A stretch of 62,811 bases of DNA, from contig CP070712.1 of the NCBI GenBank assembly GCA_020350365.1, positions 1-62,811 of the forward strand, given 5' to 3'. Shown here in pieces: positions 8,537 to 19,070 of this stretch. Position numbers and translations under genes: made by a program. The notes under the pieces were generated by a model. It did not search any database. It saw only the letters and a list, made by a program, of their open reading frames with translations, and had not been told where the DNA came from. Position 1 is the first letter of the stretch. Every line of letters begins with the position of its first letter. The stretch is from Thermoplasmatales archaeon (GTDB lineage Archaea; Thermoplasmatota; E2; DHVEG-1).

Positions 8537-10093
8537 ATGCAACGTAATACCTTCATCATTAAATTGACTACTTTGATTATAATAGTTCTGTTTATAGGTG
8601 CAGATATTGTTCCATCAACAGGTAACATTTTAAATAAAAAAAATCAACCAACTGAACTCATTATTGAAGGCCCTATAGAGGGCAAAGTAGGAATTGCATA
8701 TGAATATACTTTCTTTTTAATTGATTCAGGAGAGTGCGAATTTTTTCTAAAAGTGAATTGGGGTGACGGAGAAATTACCGACTGGTTTGGTCCATACATA
8801 GAAGGAGAAAAAGCAACAGCCAGTCATGCTTGGGATAAAAGTGGCAAATATATTATCCAGGCGGAGGCTAGGTGTAATGAGTCTAACTATAATGCATCAT
8901 TATTAGTCACAATTACATCAGGTAACATCCTATATGTTGGTGGTGGTGGATCAAATAACTACACGAGTATTCAGGAAGCAATAGATGATGCAATTGATGG
9001 AGATACTGTATTTGTCTATGACGAATCATCACCTTATAATGAAAACATCTCTATTGTTAAATCTATATTTTTGATAGGGGAAAATAAAAATACTACAATT
9101 ATTGAAAATGTAGAAAATGATATTGTTATAATTAATGCCAATAACGTTAAGATGAGTGGTTTTACTATAAGATATGGCAGATATGCTATTAGGCTAATAT
9201 CATCGAATGGATGCTTAATTACAGAAAATATTGCTATAAATAATAGCTTAGAGGGGATTTATTTAGCTAATTCTTCTTATAATACCATTTCTAAAAATAT
9301 TGTTCAGGATAATTATTTTGGTATTGGTCTTCATTGGACCTTATCAGGTCCCGGGCCTTGTTTGTATAATAATATCCTCTATAATAAAATTTTAAACAGT
9401 AACCAAAGAGGACTACATATGAGCCTCTATCACAAATATAACAATATAATTGGAAATACAATAGCATATAACCAAAGATATGGCATTAAGATATGTTGTG
9501 ATTGTAATTTAAATATCATATATCATAATAATTTTATAGAAAACGCTCAAAATGCTGATGATTTATACAACAATACATGGGATAATGGTTATCCTGCAGG
9601 TGGTAATTATTGGAGTGATTACAATGGAACAGATGAAGATGGAGATGGTATTGGTGATACGCCATATAATATTCCTGGTGGAGGTAATAAGGATAATTAC
9701 CCACTAATGCAACCATTTGGTGAAAATAAGCCTCCATTCATAGAAATTAAAAATCCTAAAAAAGATTATTTCCATTTTTCAGGTATTCCTTTATTTTTAA
9801 AGCCCTTCAGTTTGATTGCTGATACAATGACAATTGGAGGTTTTAGATTAAGACCAATCTTAATTAATGCAATAGACGACTTTGATATGAGTGAGAGACT
9901 AACTGTAAAAGTTTTTCTAAATGGTGAAGAACAAGGGGACGCAATATATTGTAATGATTCAGAATTATATGAATGGTTTTGGACAGGACTTGCATTAGGA
10001 AATTATAATTTAACAATAACTGCTGAGGATTCTCTTGGGGAAATCGGAATTACAGAAATGAAGGTATGGAATTTTTGTTTTATACCCAAATAA
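8537..10093 (+). CDS. Secreted or surface protein: signal anchor, PKD-like WGDG domain and right-handed beta-helix (NosD-like) repeats
   Basis: N-terminal hydrophobic segment. VNWGDGEITDW. Repeated N-rich beta-helix turns. YNGTDEDGDGIGDTPYNIPGGGNKDNYPL. Confidence 0.6.
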   Translation: MQRNTFIIKLTTLIIIVLFIGADIVPSTGNILNKKNQPTELIIEGPIEGKVGIAYEYTFFLIDSGECEFFLKVNWGDGEITDWFGPYIEGEKATASHAWDKSGKYIIQAEARCNESNYNASLLVTITSGNILYVGGGGSNNYTSIQEAIDDAIDGDTVFVYDESSPYNENISIVKSIFLIGENKNTTIIENVENDIVIINANNVKMSGFTIRYGRYAIRLISSNGCLITENIAINNSLEGIYLANSSYNTISKNIVQDNYFGIGLHWTLSGPGPCLYNNILYNKILNSNQRGLHMSLYHKYNNIIGNTIAYNQRYGIKICCDCNLNIIYHNNFIENAQNADDLYNNTWDNGYPAGGNYWSDYNGTDEDGDGIGDTPYNIPGGGNKDNYPLMQPFGENKPPFIEIKNPKKDYFHFSGIPLFLKPFSLIADTMTIGGFRLRPILINAIDDFDMSERLTVKVFLNGEEQGDAIYCNDSELYEWFWTGLALGNYNLTITAEDSLGEIGITEMKVWNFCFIPK

Positions 10094-10181
10094 TGCTAAA
10101 AATCATGTCTTAATTATGATTTTTTTGAATTAATTGGACTAATTTCTCGATGATTATAAAAAGAAAAAATGAATTTAAGGC

Positions 10182-11132
10182 ATGTTCATGAATTGTCTAG
10201 TAACTGGTGCTACAGGATTTATTGGAAATGCAATTACTAAAAGACTTGCTAAAGAAGGAAATGTTGTTTATGCATTGATTCATAATAAAAAGCCTGAAAA
10301 ATATGAAAAAAATGTTGAGTACATAAAATGTGACTTAACCAAACCTTCAACTTTGAAGAAACTGCCAAAGAAAATTGATATAGTTATTCATTGTGCTGCA
10401 ATAGTCAAGGATTATGGTCCAAAGGACCTTTTTTACAACGTAAATGTTGAAGGAACAAAAAATCTAGTTAATGCGTGTAAAAAATACAAATTGAAACGTT
10501 TTTTATTTATTAGTCATATGGGATATGAATTAGAAAAAAAGTATAGCTATTATAATATTACAAAAAAAATAGCAGAAAAATATCTAAATGAAAAATACCA
10601 AAATGATGGTTTTCCAGTTGTAATAATTATTCCTGGAAATGTATATGGGCCTGGTGCGACAACATGGGTCTTAAGACCTTTGGAATCCATTAAAACAAAT
10701 AAGATAGCATTAATAAATAATGGGCAAGGTATTTTTTTACATACATATATTGATAATCTTATCGATGCCTTAATCACAGCCATTAATGAACCAAAAGCAA
10801 TTGGTCAAACTATTAATGTTACAGATGGAGATCATTCAATAACATGGGGCAAATATCTAAATGATCTTGCAAAAATAATGGGTAAAAAACCAATAAACAA
10901 GAATTTTTCAAAAAAAACAGGTATGATAATTGCAAAAACTATGATGTATCTATATAAAATTTTTAATTTTCAACCTTGGGTAACACCTTTAGTTGTAAGT
11001 ATATTTTCAAATGATAAAACTGTAAGTATCAAAAAAGCTGAAAAGATTTTAAATTATAAGCCGAAAATTAATTATGAAAAAGGAATGAAAGAAGTTGAAG
11101 AATGGATTAAACATAAGAGATTATCTTTTTAA
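10182..11132 (+). CDS. NAD-dependent epimerase/dehydratase (extended SDR)
   Basis: VTGATGFIGNAI Rossmann motif; 316 aa. Confidence 0.75.
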   Translation: MFMNCLVTGATGFIGNAITKRLAKEGNVVYALIHNKKPEKYEKNVEYIKCDLTKPSTLKKLPKKIDIVIHCAAIVKDYGPKDLFYNVNVEGTKNLVNACKKYKLKRFLFISHMGYELEKKYSYYNITKKIAEKYLNEKYQNDGFPVVIIIPGNVYGPGATTWVLRPLESIKTNKIALINNGQGIFLHTYIDNLIDALITAINEPKAIGQTINVTDGDHSITWGKYLNDLAKIMGKKPINKNFSKKTGMIIAKTMMYLYKIFNFQPWVTPLVVSIFSNDKTVSIKKAEKILNYKPKINYEKGMKEVEEWIKHKRLSF

Positions 11133-11157
11133 AAAAAATATTATAAAAAATAAAAAT

Positions 11158-13197
11158 CTATTCTCCCTTAAATGAAGGTCTTTGTCTTTTTATAATAGAA
11201 TTTAATCCTTCAATAGCATCCTTTGTTGAGAATATCTCTGAAAGATGGTTAAGCTCTATTTCCAGACCATCTTTAAGTTCAAGAGAGCTACCCTCATCTA
11301 TTATTTTGTTGGCAAGTTTTATAGCAATGGGTGCTTTGTAGGAAATTGTTTTTGAAATCTTTTGACCAATTTCGTTTAATTCACCCTTTCCAGATAGAAC
11401 GTATTCAATGTTTTCATCGGAGAAATATTTCTTTACCTTTTGAAAAAATTCAGGTAGTTCTATTTCTTTTTTTATTGATTTCTTAATCATTTTTCCTTTA
11501 GTAATAATTTCAATTATCTTTCTATCTATTTCATCCTGTGTAACAACATGTTCAATTAAACCTATCGAAGCAGCAGATTTTGCATCTAGGATTTTTCCAG
11601 TAAAAATTAGGTATTTTGCAAGTTCCTTTCCGATATATCTAGTAGTTCTTTGAGTTCCTCCCAAACCTGGATAAATACCAATCCCTGTTTCTGGAAAACC
11701 AATGCTTCCCTTATCAGTAGCAATTATTATATCAGCTGAAAGTGCAATCTCTGCACCTCCTCCCAATGCCAGACCATCAAGCTTTGCAATTACTGGTTTA
11801 TTGGATGCATCTATCTTATTTAGAACAGAATGTCCATATCTTGTAAAATTATAGATATCATCAATTTTGTTTTGCTCAATCTTTTTTATAAAGTATTGAA
11901 TATCTGCTCCTGCAACAAATGCCTTACCTGCACCCTCAAGGACAATTCCTTTTACCTTAGGATTGCTATTTGCCTCAGTAAATTTTTCATCTAGTTGAGA
12001 AATAACTTCTTCGTTAATCGAATTCATCGCCTCAGGTCTATTTATAAGAATTCTTGCAATATTTTCAACTATTTTAAGATCTACATAGCTGAAGCTCCAA
12101 GGTTTTTTATTTTCGTATTGAGCCTTTAAAATTGAAGGTGTCTTCATCATCGGATATTTATCAACGAGTTTTGTAACAATTTCATAAGAGCGTTTAATTC
12201 CATATCTATTCATTAATTCAAATGGACCACTTCGCCATCTTAGACCTATTTTTGCTCCCCTATCAATATCTTCTATTTTTGAAATACTTTCTTCTGCAAT
12301 ATCACAAGCAACTAAGAAAACCGTACCAAGTAAACGCTCTTCTATTTCAGCAGCCTTTGAGGGTTCAATCTCTCCACTCATATCCCATTGCTCTTTTTTC
12401 TCAAATTGTTGTCTAAGACAATTACTTGGCTTGTAAAAATCACCTAATTTTTCTCCAAGACTTATAGTTGAGTGATATGCAATTGGAACACCTGTTAAGT
12501 TCATTAACTCAAAAGGTCCAATTGGTATTTTAAAAACCTTTTTTGCAATTTCATCTATTGTAGGAATATTTGCAACTTCCTCTTCCAACAGTCGAGTAGA
12601 TTCGTTTAACCATGGTACAAAAAACCTATTAACAACAAATCCTGGAGCATCTAATGCATTAATACCTGTTTTACCTATCATTTTTGAAAAAACTTCAGCT
12701 AAAGAAATTGTATTCTTACTTGTTTTTTCACCAGGAATTATTTCTAATAAACGATTCTTTGCAGGATGATAAAAAAAATGAAGTCCAATAAACTTTTCCT
12801 GTCTTTTTACTACCTTTGCCAGTTCTGCTATTGAAAATGAAGAAGTATTAGAGGCAAAAATAGTTGAATCCTTACAAACACTATCTAAATATTTGAAAAG
12901 ATCTTTTTTTACATCTAAATCTTCAAATACTGCCTCAATAATGATATCAGCATCTTTTAACTCATCTTTATTTGTCGTTCCAGTTACAAGATTTAAAATA
13001 TCTTTTGTTTGTTCTTCTGTAAGTATTTTCCGTTCAATTGCTTCGGATAGAGTTTTTTTAATGCTGTTTAATCCATTTTGTACAAATTTTTCATCAACAT
13101 CTACCATTACTACATGAATTCCTTCTTGAGCTATCTTTTGGGCAATTCCACTACCCATATTACCTGCACCAATAACTCCTATTTTTTGGATTTTCAT
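11158..13197 (-). CDS. Bifunctional 3-hydroxyacyl-CoA dehydrogenase (N-terminal) / enoyl-CoA hydratase (C-terminal)
   Basis: IGVIGAGNMGSGIA at the N-terminus. C-terminal crotonase blocks KAFVAGADI and GLALGGGAEIAL. ATG at 13197 follows AGGTG; the track start at 13230 overlaps the thiolase stop. Confidence 0.85.
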   Translation of the reverse strand: MKIQKIGVIGAGNMGSGIAQKIAQEGIHVVMVDVDEKFVQNGLNSIKKTLSEAIERKILTEEQTKDILNLVTGTTNKDELKDADIIIEAVFEDLDVKKDLFKYLDSVCKDSTIFASNTSSFSIAELAKVVKRQEKFIGLHFFYHPAKNRLLEIIPGEKTSKNTISLAEVFSKMIGKTGINALDAPGFVVNRFFVPWLNESTRLLEEEVANIPTIDEIAKKVFKIPIGPFELMNLTGVPIAYHSTISLGEKLGDFYKPSNCLRQQFEKKEQWDMSGEIEPSKAAEIEERLLGTVFLVACDIAEESISKIEDIDRGAKIGLRWRSGPFELMNRYGIKRSYEIVTKLVDKYPMMKTPSILKAQYENKKPWSFSYVDLKIVENIARILINRPEAMNSINEEVISQLDEKFTEANSNPKVKGIVLEGAGKAFVAGADIQYFIKKIEQNKIDDIYNFTRYGHSVLNKIDASNKPVIAKLDGLALGGGAEIALSADIIIATDKGSIGFPETGIGIYPGLGGTQRTTRYIGKELAKYLIFTGKILDAKSAASIGLIEHVVTQDEIDRKIIEIITKGKMIKKSIKKEIELPEFFQKVKKYFSDENIEYVLSGKGELNEIGQKISKTISYKAPIAIKLANKIIDEGSSLELKDGLEIELNHLSEIFSTKDAIEGLNSIIKRQRPSFKGE

Positions 13198-13226
13198 AAT
13201 TTTACACCTTTTTTTAAAAAAAAGTA

Positions 13227-14435
13227 TCAATCAATACTAACCTTTAAAATTATAGCAGCACCTGTATCTCCAGCTGCACAACCATCAAAAAGTCCATAGC
13301 CCCCTCCTTTTAATACCAACTCTTCGATAAGCTCAATAATCAATCTAGCTCCAGTAGGAGCCTGTGGATGACCATAAATAAGAGATGAACCATAATTGTT
13401 CATTTCATTCCATTCTATGTCCATTTCCCTACAAAAATAGATATCGTTAACTGCAAATGGATTATGTGTTTTTATAGCATTTATATCTTCAATTGATAAA
13501 TTTGCCTGTTTAAGTGCCATTTTGGCTGCAGGGATAATTGCCATTGCCATATAGCCCTTTTTCGCCCGACCTTCACCATAGGACAATACTTGGATTTCAA
13601 TTATTTTATCCTTGCTTAACTGTTTTGCCTTATCACGAGTAGTAACAATAATACCACAATTACCATCTGCTGGATGAGTTTGTGTGCCAAATGTAACCGT
13701 TCCATTTGGTATTACTGGCCTTAGTTTTTCAAGTCCTTCAGGTGTGGTTGGATAAATTCCCTCATCTCCCTCTACTGTTGCTAGAACCTTTCGACCTTTT
13801 CTATCTTTTACCTCAATAGGACTAATCATATATTTTTTTTGAAAAGCCCTGTTGTTTGTTATTGAATCCTGATACTGTTTGTAACGTAAAAATGTAATTT
13901 TATCTTGCTCTTCTTTAGGTATATCTGCTTCTTTTGCTACATTTTCAGCAGTCTCTACCATTGCATTTTTAGCAAAGGGATCATAACCGAAGTTATCCCA
14001 AACCCAACTCTCTCTATCTTGGGTCGCACCAGGAGCTTGTGGATTTGGATAAACAAGAAGAGGACCATTAGAACACCTGTCTGCGTATATTACAAGAATA
14101 TTTTTACGCAATCCAGTCTCAATTCCAATTGTGGCTAATTCAACCCCTCTTGCACCAGTTGCACAAGCTTGACCAATCATTGGACCGGTGATATGTTCAG
14201 CTCCAATCATACCTGCTAACCATGGAGTTCCATAAAATTGAGAAGGTTGAGGTATTGTAATACCAAAAATCAATTCGTCAAACTCTTTTGGATTTATTTT
14301 TTTTTCCTGCAGAAATCTTGCACCAATATCAGCTGCAAACTTGATTGAATGAAGATTTTGAAAACTTTTTTGCCAAGCACAAAAAGGTGTGCTCCAATAT
14401 CCACCATATGGTATGTATGTATTTTTAAAAACCAT
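13227..14435 (-). CDS. Acetyl-CoA acetyltransferase (thiolase)
   Basis: 402 aa. GQACATGARG active-site Cys, NPFAVND, and C-terminal GCAAGDTGAA. Confidence 0.85.
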   Translation of the reverse strand: MVFKNTYIPYGGYWSTPFCAWQKSFQNLHSIKFAADIGARFLQEKKINPKEFDELIFGITIPQPSQFYGTPWLAGMIGAEHITGPMIGQACATGARGVELATIGIETGLRKNILVIYADRCSNGPLLVYPNPQAPGATQDRESWVWDNFGYDPFAKNAMVETAENVAKEADIPKEEQDKITFLRYKQYQDSITNNRAFQKKYMISPIEVKDRKGRKVLATVEGDEGIYPTTPEGLEKLRPVIPNGTVTFGTQTHPADGNCGIIVTTRDKAKQLSKDKIIEIQVLSYGEGRAKKGYMAMAIIPAAKMALKQANLSIEDINAIKTHNPFAVNDIYFCREMDIEWNEMNNYGSSLIYGHPQAPTGARLIIELIEELVLKGGGYGLFDGCAAGDTGAAIILKVSID

Positions 14436-14711
14436 AATTTCTCCCTGCCCAGGTATAATATTAATTGTATTAATAGATTCCTAGATTTGAATAAATAAAG
14501 GGTTTTTTCTAGTAATAAATTAATAAAATCATTAAAATTGAGAGACAACTCAATTGCGAGGTATATATATTCTCCATCTGACTTTGAAGATTAATAATAG
14601 ATGCATTTAAAAGATATCATTACAACTCTTTATTTTAACACAACTTGATCATTGTAACATTTAAATATCCAATAAAGAATTATAATAAATATTTTGAGGG
14701 AGGAAAACCAT

Positions 14712-15470
14712 ATGAACAAAAAAATAACAGGTACTTTTGTTTGTATACTTTTGATTGTAACTGCTTTATCAGCTGCAGGAGCAACAAATGTTCAAACTAT
14801 AAGATATCTAATTGAAAATAACAAATTAGAACCATGTACAATTACTCCGATTGATTCTAATGGTAATATTGCTATTAAAATCGTTGGTAAGATCACAAAT
14901 GTAAATGATCCAGATAATCTTCTAGGTGGTACGATTCTTATTGGAGATAGAATTACAGGGAAATATAATTATGATTCTGGAACACCGGATTCAGTTGCCG
15001 ATCCAAAGATAGGTGCATATGAATACACTACATCCAATTATGGAATTGAACTTAAAGCTGGTGGATTTGTCTTTAAAACAGATCCAAATGATGTTGACTA
15101 TTCAATTCATATTTGCGATGGTCATTATTTTTGTGATTATTGGGATGAGTATCGTATTTATAGTGATAGTAATTTGCAACTCTCAAATGGAATAGATGTA
15201 GATAGAATTATATGGTTTCTCACTGATTCAACAGGTAATGCTTTATCTAGTGATGCTTTACCAACTATTCCTCCGATTCTATCAGATTGGGATGAAAATA
15301 GATTAGCAATCATGGGTTATCATCCAATGTTCGTAATAAGGGCTACAGTTACAAGGGCCACCTTAAGCAGGGGTAATACAAGAGACGAGTACTTTAATAT
15401 GCAACCCAATTTATTTTGGCTGTTGGAACATTTCCCAATGCTGGAAAGACTACTGAATCTTATAAGATAA
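14712..15470 (+). CDS. Secreted hypothetical protein with a conserved C-terminal LLEHFPMLERLL motif
   Basis: Signal-like N-terminus MNKKITGTFVCILLIVTALSAAGA. GAGGGAGG SD. The C-terminal 30 aa are shared with the CDS at 44948..46609. Confidence 0.6.
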   Translation: MNKKITGTFVCILLIVTALSAAGATNVQTIRYLIENNKLEPCTITPIDSNGNIAIKIVGKITNVNDPDNLLGGTILIGDRITGKYNYDSGTPDSVADPKIGAYEYTTSNYGIELKAGGFVFKTDPNDVDYSIHICDGHYFCDYWDEYRIYSDSNLQLSNGIDVDRIIWFLTDSTGNALSSDALPTIPPILSDWDENRLAIMGYHPMFVIRATVTRATLSRGNTRDEYFNMQPNLFWLLEHFPMLERLLNLIR

Positions 15471-15513
15471 TTATATATAGATATAAGTTGATAAATAAAT
15501 TAAGGAAAAGTTT

Positions 15514-15558
15514 GTGGAAAAATATTTTATACAAAAAAAACCTCAAGTTTTTTTCCAC
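15514..15558. terminator. Candidate bidirectional terminator region between convergent genes
   Basis: GTGGAAAAA / TTTTTCCAC inverted repeat (9 bp). It flanks an A8 run (T8 on the minus strand) and a T7 run. Confidence 0.3.
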
Positions 15559-15705
15559 ATTCTACTCCTTACTTATTCTTTATTTTATTACTTTTACAGG
15601 TAAATTCGATTTGTTGGAATCTCTCAAGTTCGTACAAAATGTTTTGTTGGTATATATATTAAAAAAAATTTATATCTTAAAATAGACAACAGATATTTTC
15701 TATAA

Positions 15706-16908
15706 TCAATTCTTACAAAGATTCTTTTTAAGTTCTTCATTCAAAGCTGGTATAATTTCATTCAAATCTCCAATAATCCCACAATCGGCTATATCAAAAA
15801 TTGGAGCCTCACGGTCAGTATTAATGGCAATTATAGTATCAGAGCTCTTCATCCCTACCTGATGCTGAATTTTTCCAGAGATACCACATGCAATATATAT
15901 CTTTGGTGATACAGTCTTTCCACTTTGACCTACTTGGTTTGTACGTGGTCTCCAACCAGCATCAACAGCTGCTCTTGATGCCCCGACCACACCATTAATG
16001 GTTTTTGCAAGATCTTCCAAAATTTTAAAATTCTCAGCAGATCCCATACCTCTACCACCAGATATGATAATATCTGCTTCATCTAGACTCTTAACACCAG
16101 CCTTAGTTGTTTTAACAACTTCTTTTATAATAATCTTCAAAGCTTTAGGATCTAATTCTATAGGGATAGAAATAATTTCAGCTTTTCTAGAATGATCTGG
16201 TTTTTGTATCTTCATAACATTTGGCCGGGTTGTAGCCATTTGAGGACGAACATTTGGAGAAATAATATCTGCCATAATATTACCTCCAAAAGCAGGTCTA
16301 GTTTGTAATAGTAGGCCATCTTTAATAGATAAACCAGTGCAATCAGCTGTAAGACCAACTTCTAAACTCGCAGCAACCCGTGGAGCTAAATCTCTACCCA
16401 AATGAGTTGCTGGGAAAAGTACAATGTTAGGTTTATATTTTAGTATTAAACCGGTTAAAATCCCTGTATAGTTACTAGTGTTATATTCACTAAGATTTTT
16501 ATTTTCTACAATATAAGCTATATCAACTCCATAAGCTGCGATTTCATCGCATAGATGCTTTGCTTTCTCTCCAAGTATTACTGCTCCTACTTTCTCACCT
16601 AAGGTATCTGCAATTTCTCTAGCTTTACTAGCAAGTTCTAAGCTTACCTTTTTTAGTTCATTTTCTCGAATTTCTACAAAAATCCATACATTCTTATATT
16701 CAGATAAATTTTTATCACTAAGTTTTGGCCTCTCAATAACAATTGCATCAAATTTACAAACTTCCAAACAAGATCCGCAAAGTGTACAATTGGCTTCGAT
16801 TTCAGCTTTCTTATTCAAGATTTTAACTGCAGCAAACGGGCATACCTTTACACAAAGTCCACACCCTGTACATTTATCTAAAATAATTTCTATTCCCAAA
16901 ATCTTCAC
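15706..16908 (-). CDS. etfA: Electron transfer flavoprotein alpha subunit with an N-terminal 2x[4Fe-4S] ferredoxin domain
   Basis: CTGCGLCVKVCP and CTLCGSCLEVC motifs, followed by the EtfA FAD-binding region (SGGRGMGS, VGASRAAVDAGW, QVGQSGKTVSPK). Confidence 0.85.
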   Translation of the reverse strand: MKILGIEIILDKCTGCGLCVKVCPFAAVKILNKKAEIEANCTLCGSCLEVCKFDAIVIERPKLSDKNLSEYKNVWIFVEIRENELKKVSLELASKAREIADTLGEKVGAVILGEKAKHLCDEIAAYGVDIAYIVENKNLSEYNTSNYTGILTGLILKYKPNIVLFPATHLGRDLAPRVAASLEVGLTADCTGLSIKDGLLLQTRPAFGGNIMADIISPNVRPQMATTRPNVMKIQKPDHSRKAEIISIPIELDPKALKIIIKEVVKTTKAGVKSLDEADIIISGGRGMGSAENFKILEDLAKTINGVVGASRAAVDAGWRPRTNQVGQSGKTVSPKIYIACGISGKIQHQVGMKSSDTIIAINTDREAPIFDIADCGIIGDLNEIIPALNEELKKNLCKN

Positions 16909-17705
16909 CTTTTAGTTAGAGCTTCATTTTTGCATAGAATCTTGCTTAATTTTTTTGCAGCTTCTTTTGGATTATCTTCAATAAGCTCACATTCGCCACG
17001 TTTTGGTGGAGTATATGTTTTAATTACCTGTGTAAAAGAGCCATCTAAACCAAATCTAGATTTATCTCCCCCTAGGGTTTCTACATCCCATATATTAAAA
17101 GGTTTTCTTTTTGCCTTTAATATGCTACTCATAGGTGGATGTTCAGGTTGAAATGATGTTGGTGGGAGAAGGGTCAATAAGAGGGGCAGTTTTGCCTCAA
17201 GAATCTGATAGCCATCCTCTGTCTGTTTATTAATAGTAAGTTTGTTTTTATTATCAATCTCAATTTTTTCAACATAGGTTACCTGAGGAATGCCAAGTTG
17301 TTGTGCTAGTTCAGGTCCTACCTGTGCAGTATCACCATCTATAGCCTGCTGTCCACAAAAAACTATATCAAAAAACCCAATTTTTTTAATCGCTAGTGAA
17401 AGAGTATATGCGGTTGCCCAGGTATCAGATCCTGCAAATGCTTTGTCAGATATTAAAATTGCCTCATCTGCCCCAAGGGCCAAGCATCTCATCAATGCAC
17501 TTCGTGCTTGTGGTGGACCCATTGTGAGAACTGAGACACTGCAATCACCAATTTGATCCCTTATTCTTACACATTCTTCAATTGCGAATTGATCATAAGG
17601 ATTCAAAATACTTGGTACTCCATCTCTAATTAATGTGTGGGTTTTGGGATCAACTTTGACTTCTGTAGTATCAGGAACTTGCTTTATACAAGCAATCAGT
17701 TTCAT
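16905..17705 (-). CDS. etfB: Electron transfer flavoprotein beta subunit
   Basis: MKLIACIKQVPDT, CGQQAIDGDTAQVGP. Overlaps etfA by 4 nt. Confidence 0.85.
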   Translation of the reverse strand: MKLIACIKQVPDTTEVKVDPKTHTLIRDGVPSILNPYDQFAIEECVRIRDQIGDCSVSVLTMGPPQARSALMRCLALGADEAILISDKAFAGSDTWATAYTLSLAIKKIGFFDIVFCGQQAIDGDTAQVGPELAQQLGIPQVTYVEKIEIDNKNKLTINKQTEDGYQILEAKLPLLLTLLPPTSFQPEHPPMSSILKAKRKPFNIWDVETLGGDKSRFGLDGSFTQVIKTYTPPKRGECELIEDNPKEAAKKLSKILCKNEALTKR

Positions 17706-17723
17706 TTCTATTCCTACAAGTAA

Positions 17724-18932
17724 TTATCGATACGCCAAAAACTCTTTACCAAGTAATTCTCTAGCAATAATTAACTTCATTATCTCAGTAGAACCCTCAG
17801 CAAGGGTAAATGAACGTACAGCACGCCAGGCTTTCTGATCTTCACATTCCTTCGTATATCCAAAAGCTCCCTGCCATTGCATAACATCGTTTATTGCTTC
17901 AGATGCCCAAATTGAAGCAACAGATTTTGCCATAGCAATTGCCATGCTAACATCAAATCTAGAAGCTTTTCCTTGTATTTCTTGGTCATATGTCCAAAGA
18001 GCTTTGTAACCTAGTTCACGAAGTGCTTGTATACGGACGTGGTTTTCAGCTAGTTTGAATTGAATACCTTCATATTTACCAATATGCCTGCCAAAAGCCT
18101 TACGCTCTTTAATATACGCAATACCATTCTCAAGAGCTTTTGATGCAGCACCTGCACATACAAGGGCTATTAGTCCACGTGCAAGCTCATATCCCTCATG
18201 AACACAGTAAAATCCCTTATTTTCCTCACCAAGAAGATAATGCTTTGGAATCTCAACATTGTTAATGTCAAAACCTCCACATGAGATTGCCTCTCTACCA
18301 ATATCTTCAACATAGGTAGGTGTAATACCTTTTGTATCTTTCAAAGGAAGGTAAAACAAACACATACCTCTTGTTCCTTTATCAGGAGTCATCTTAGCAA
18401 GAGTAACATGACCTCCGCCATATTCCATTGCTTCAGCAACACCGCTAATGTACATTTTCTCTCCATTAATTATGTATTTATCTCCCTTTTTGCTAATCTT
18501 AGTTTTCATAGAACCTAGGTCTGATCCGATATCTGATTCAGTAGTAGCAATACCAATAATCTGTTCACCATTTATTGCTTTAGGAAGAATCTCTTTTTTT
18601 GCCTCTTCAGTACCATATTTATCTATCACATGACCCCATGAGGTTCCCACAAGAAATAATACAGGTATTGAACAGCTGGGATCTGCCCTGGCTAATTCTT
18701 CAGCTGCAATTCCAGCAGTTATAACATCTGTTCCTAATCCGCCATATTCGGGATCTATAATCAAACCAAGAAGTTCAAATTTTGCTAATGCTTTTATTAT
18801 TTCCTTTGGCATTCTTCTTACTTCAGTTAATTTTTCTGTTTTTGGAACAATTTCACTTGCGCAAAATTCTTTCATACTTTCTCTAAAAAGTTCTTGTTCC
18901 TCCGTAAATCTATAATCTACCATCTTAGCCAC
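17724..18932 (-). CDS. Acyl-CoA dehydrogenase
   Basis: 402 aa. ACAD N, middle and C domains; C-terminal TLAEGSTEIMK. Confidence 0.8.
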   Translation of the reverse strand: MAKMVDYRFTEEQELFRESMKEFCASEIVPKTEKLTEVRRMPKEIIKALAKFELLGLIIDPEYGGLGTDVITAGIAAEELARADPSCSIPVLFLVGTSWGHVIDKYGTEEAKKEILPKAINGEQIIGIATTESDIGSDLGSMKTKISKKGDKYIINGEKMYISGVAEAMEYGGGHVTLAKMTPDKGTRGMCLFYLPLKDTKGITPTYVEDIGREAISCGGFDINNVEIPKHYLLGEENKGFYCVHEGYELARGLIALVCAGAASKALENGIAYIKERKAFGRHIGKYEGIQFKLAENHVRIQALRELGYKALWTYDQEIQGKASRFDVSMAIAMAKSVASIWASEAINDVMQWQGAFGYTKECEDQKAWRAVRSFTLAEGSTEIMKLIIARELLGKEFLAYR

Positions 18933-19070
18933 CCACCATATCTAAATAAGGTTATTGGGAATGATTGGTACGGTATAATAATTTTATTATAATCTAAGCT
19001 ATAAACTAGTTTTTATCAATTAAATTAATAACAACGTAAAATAAAGTGTAATAAATCAAAAAGCATTTTT

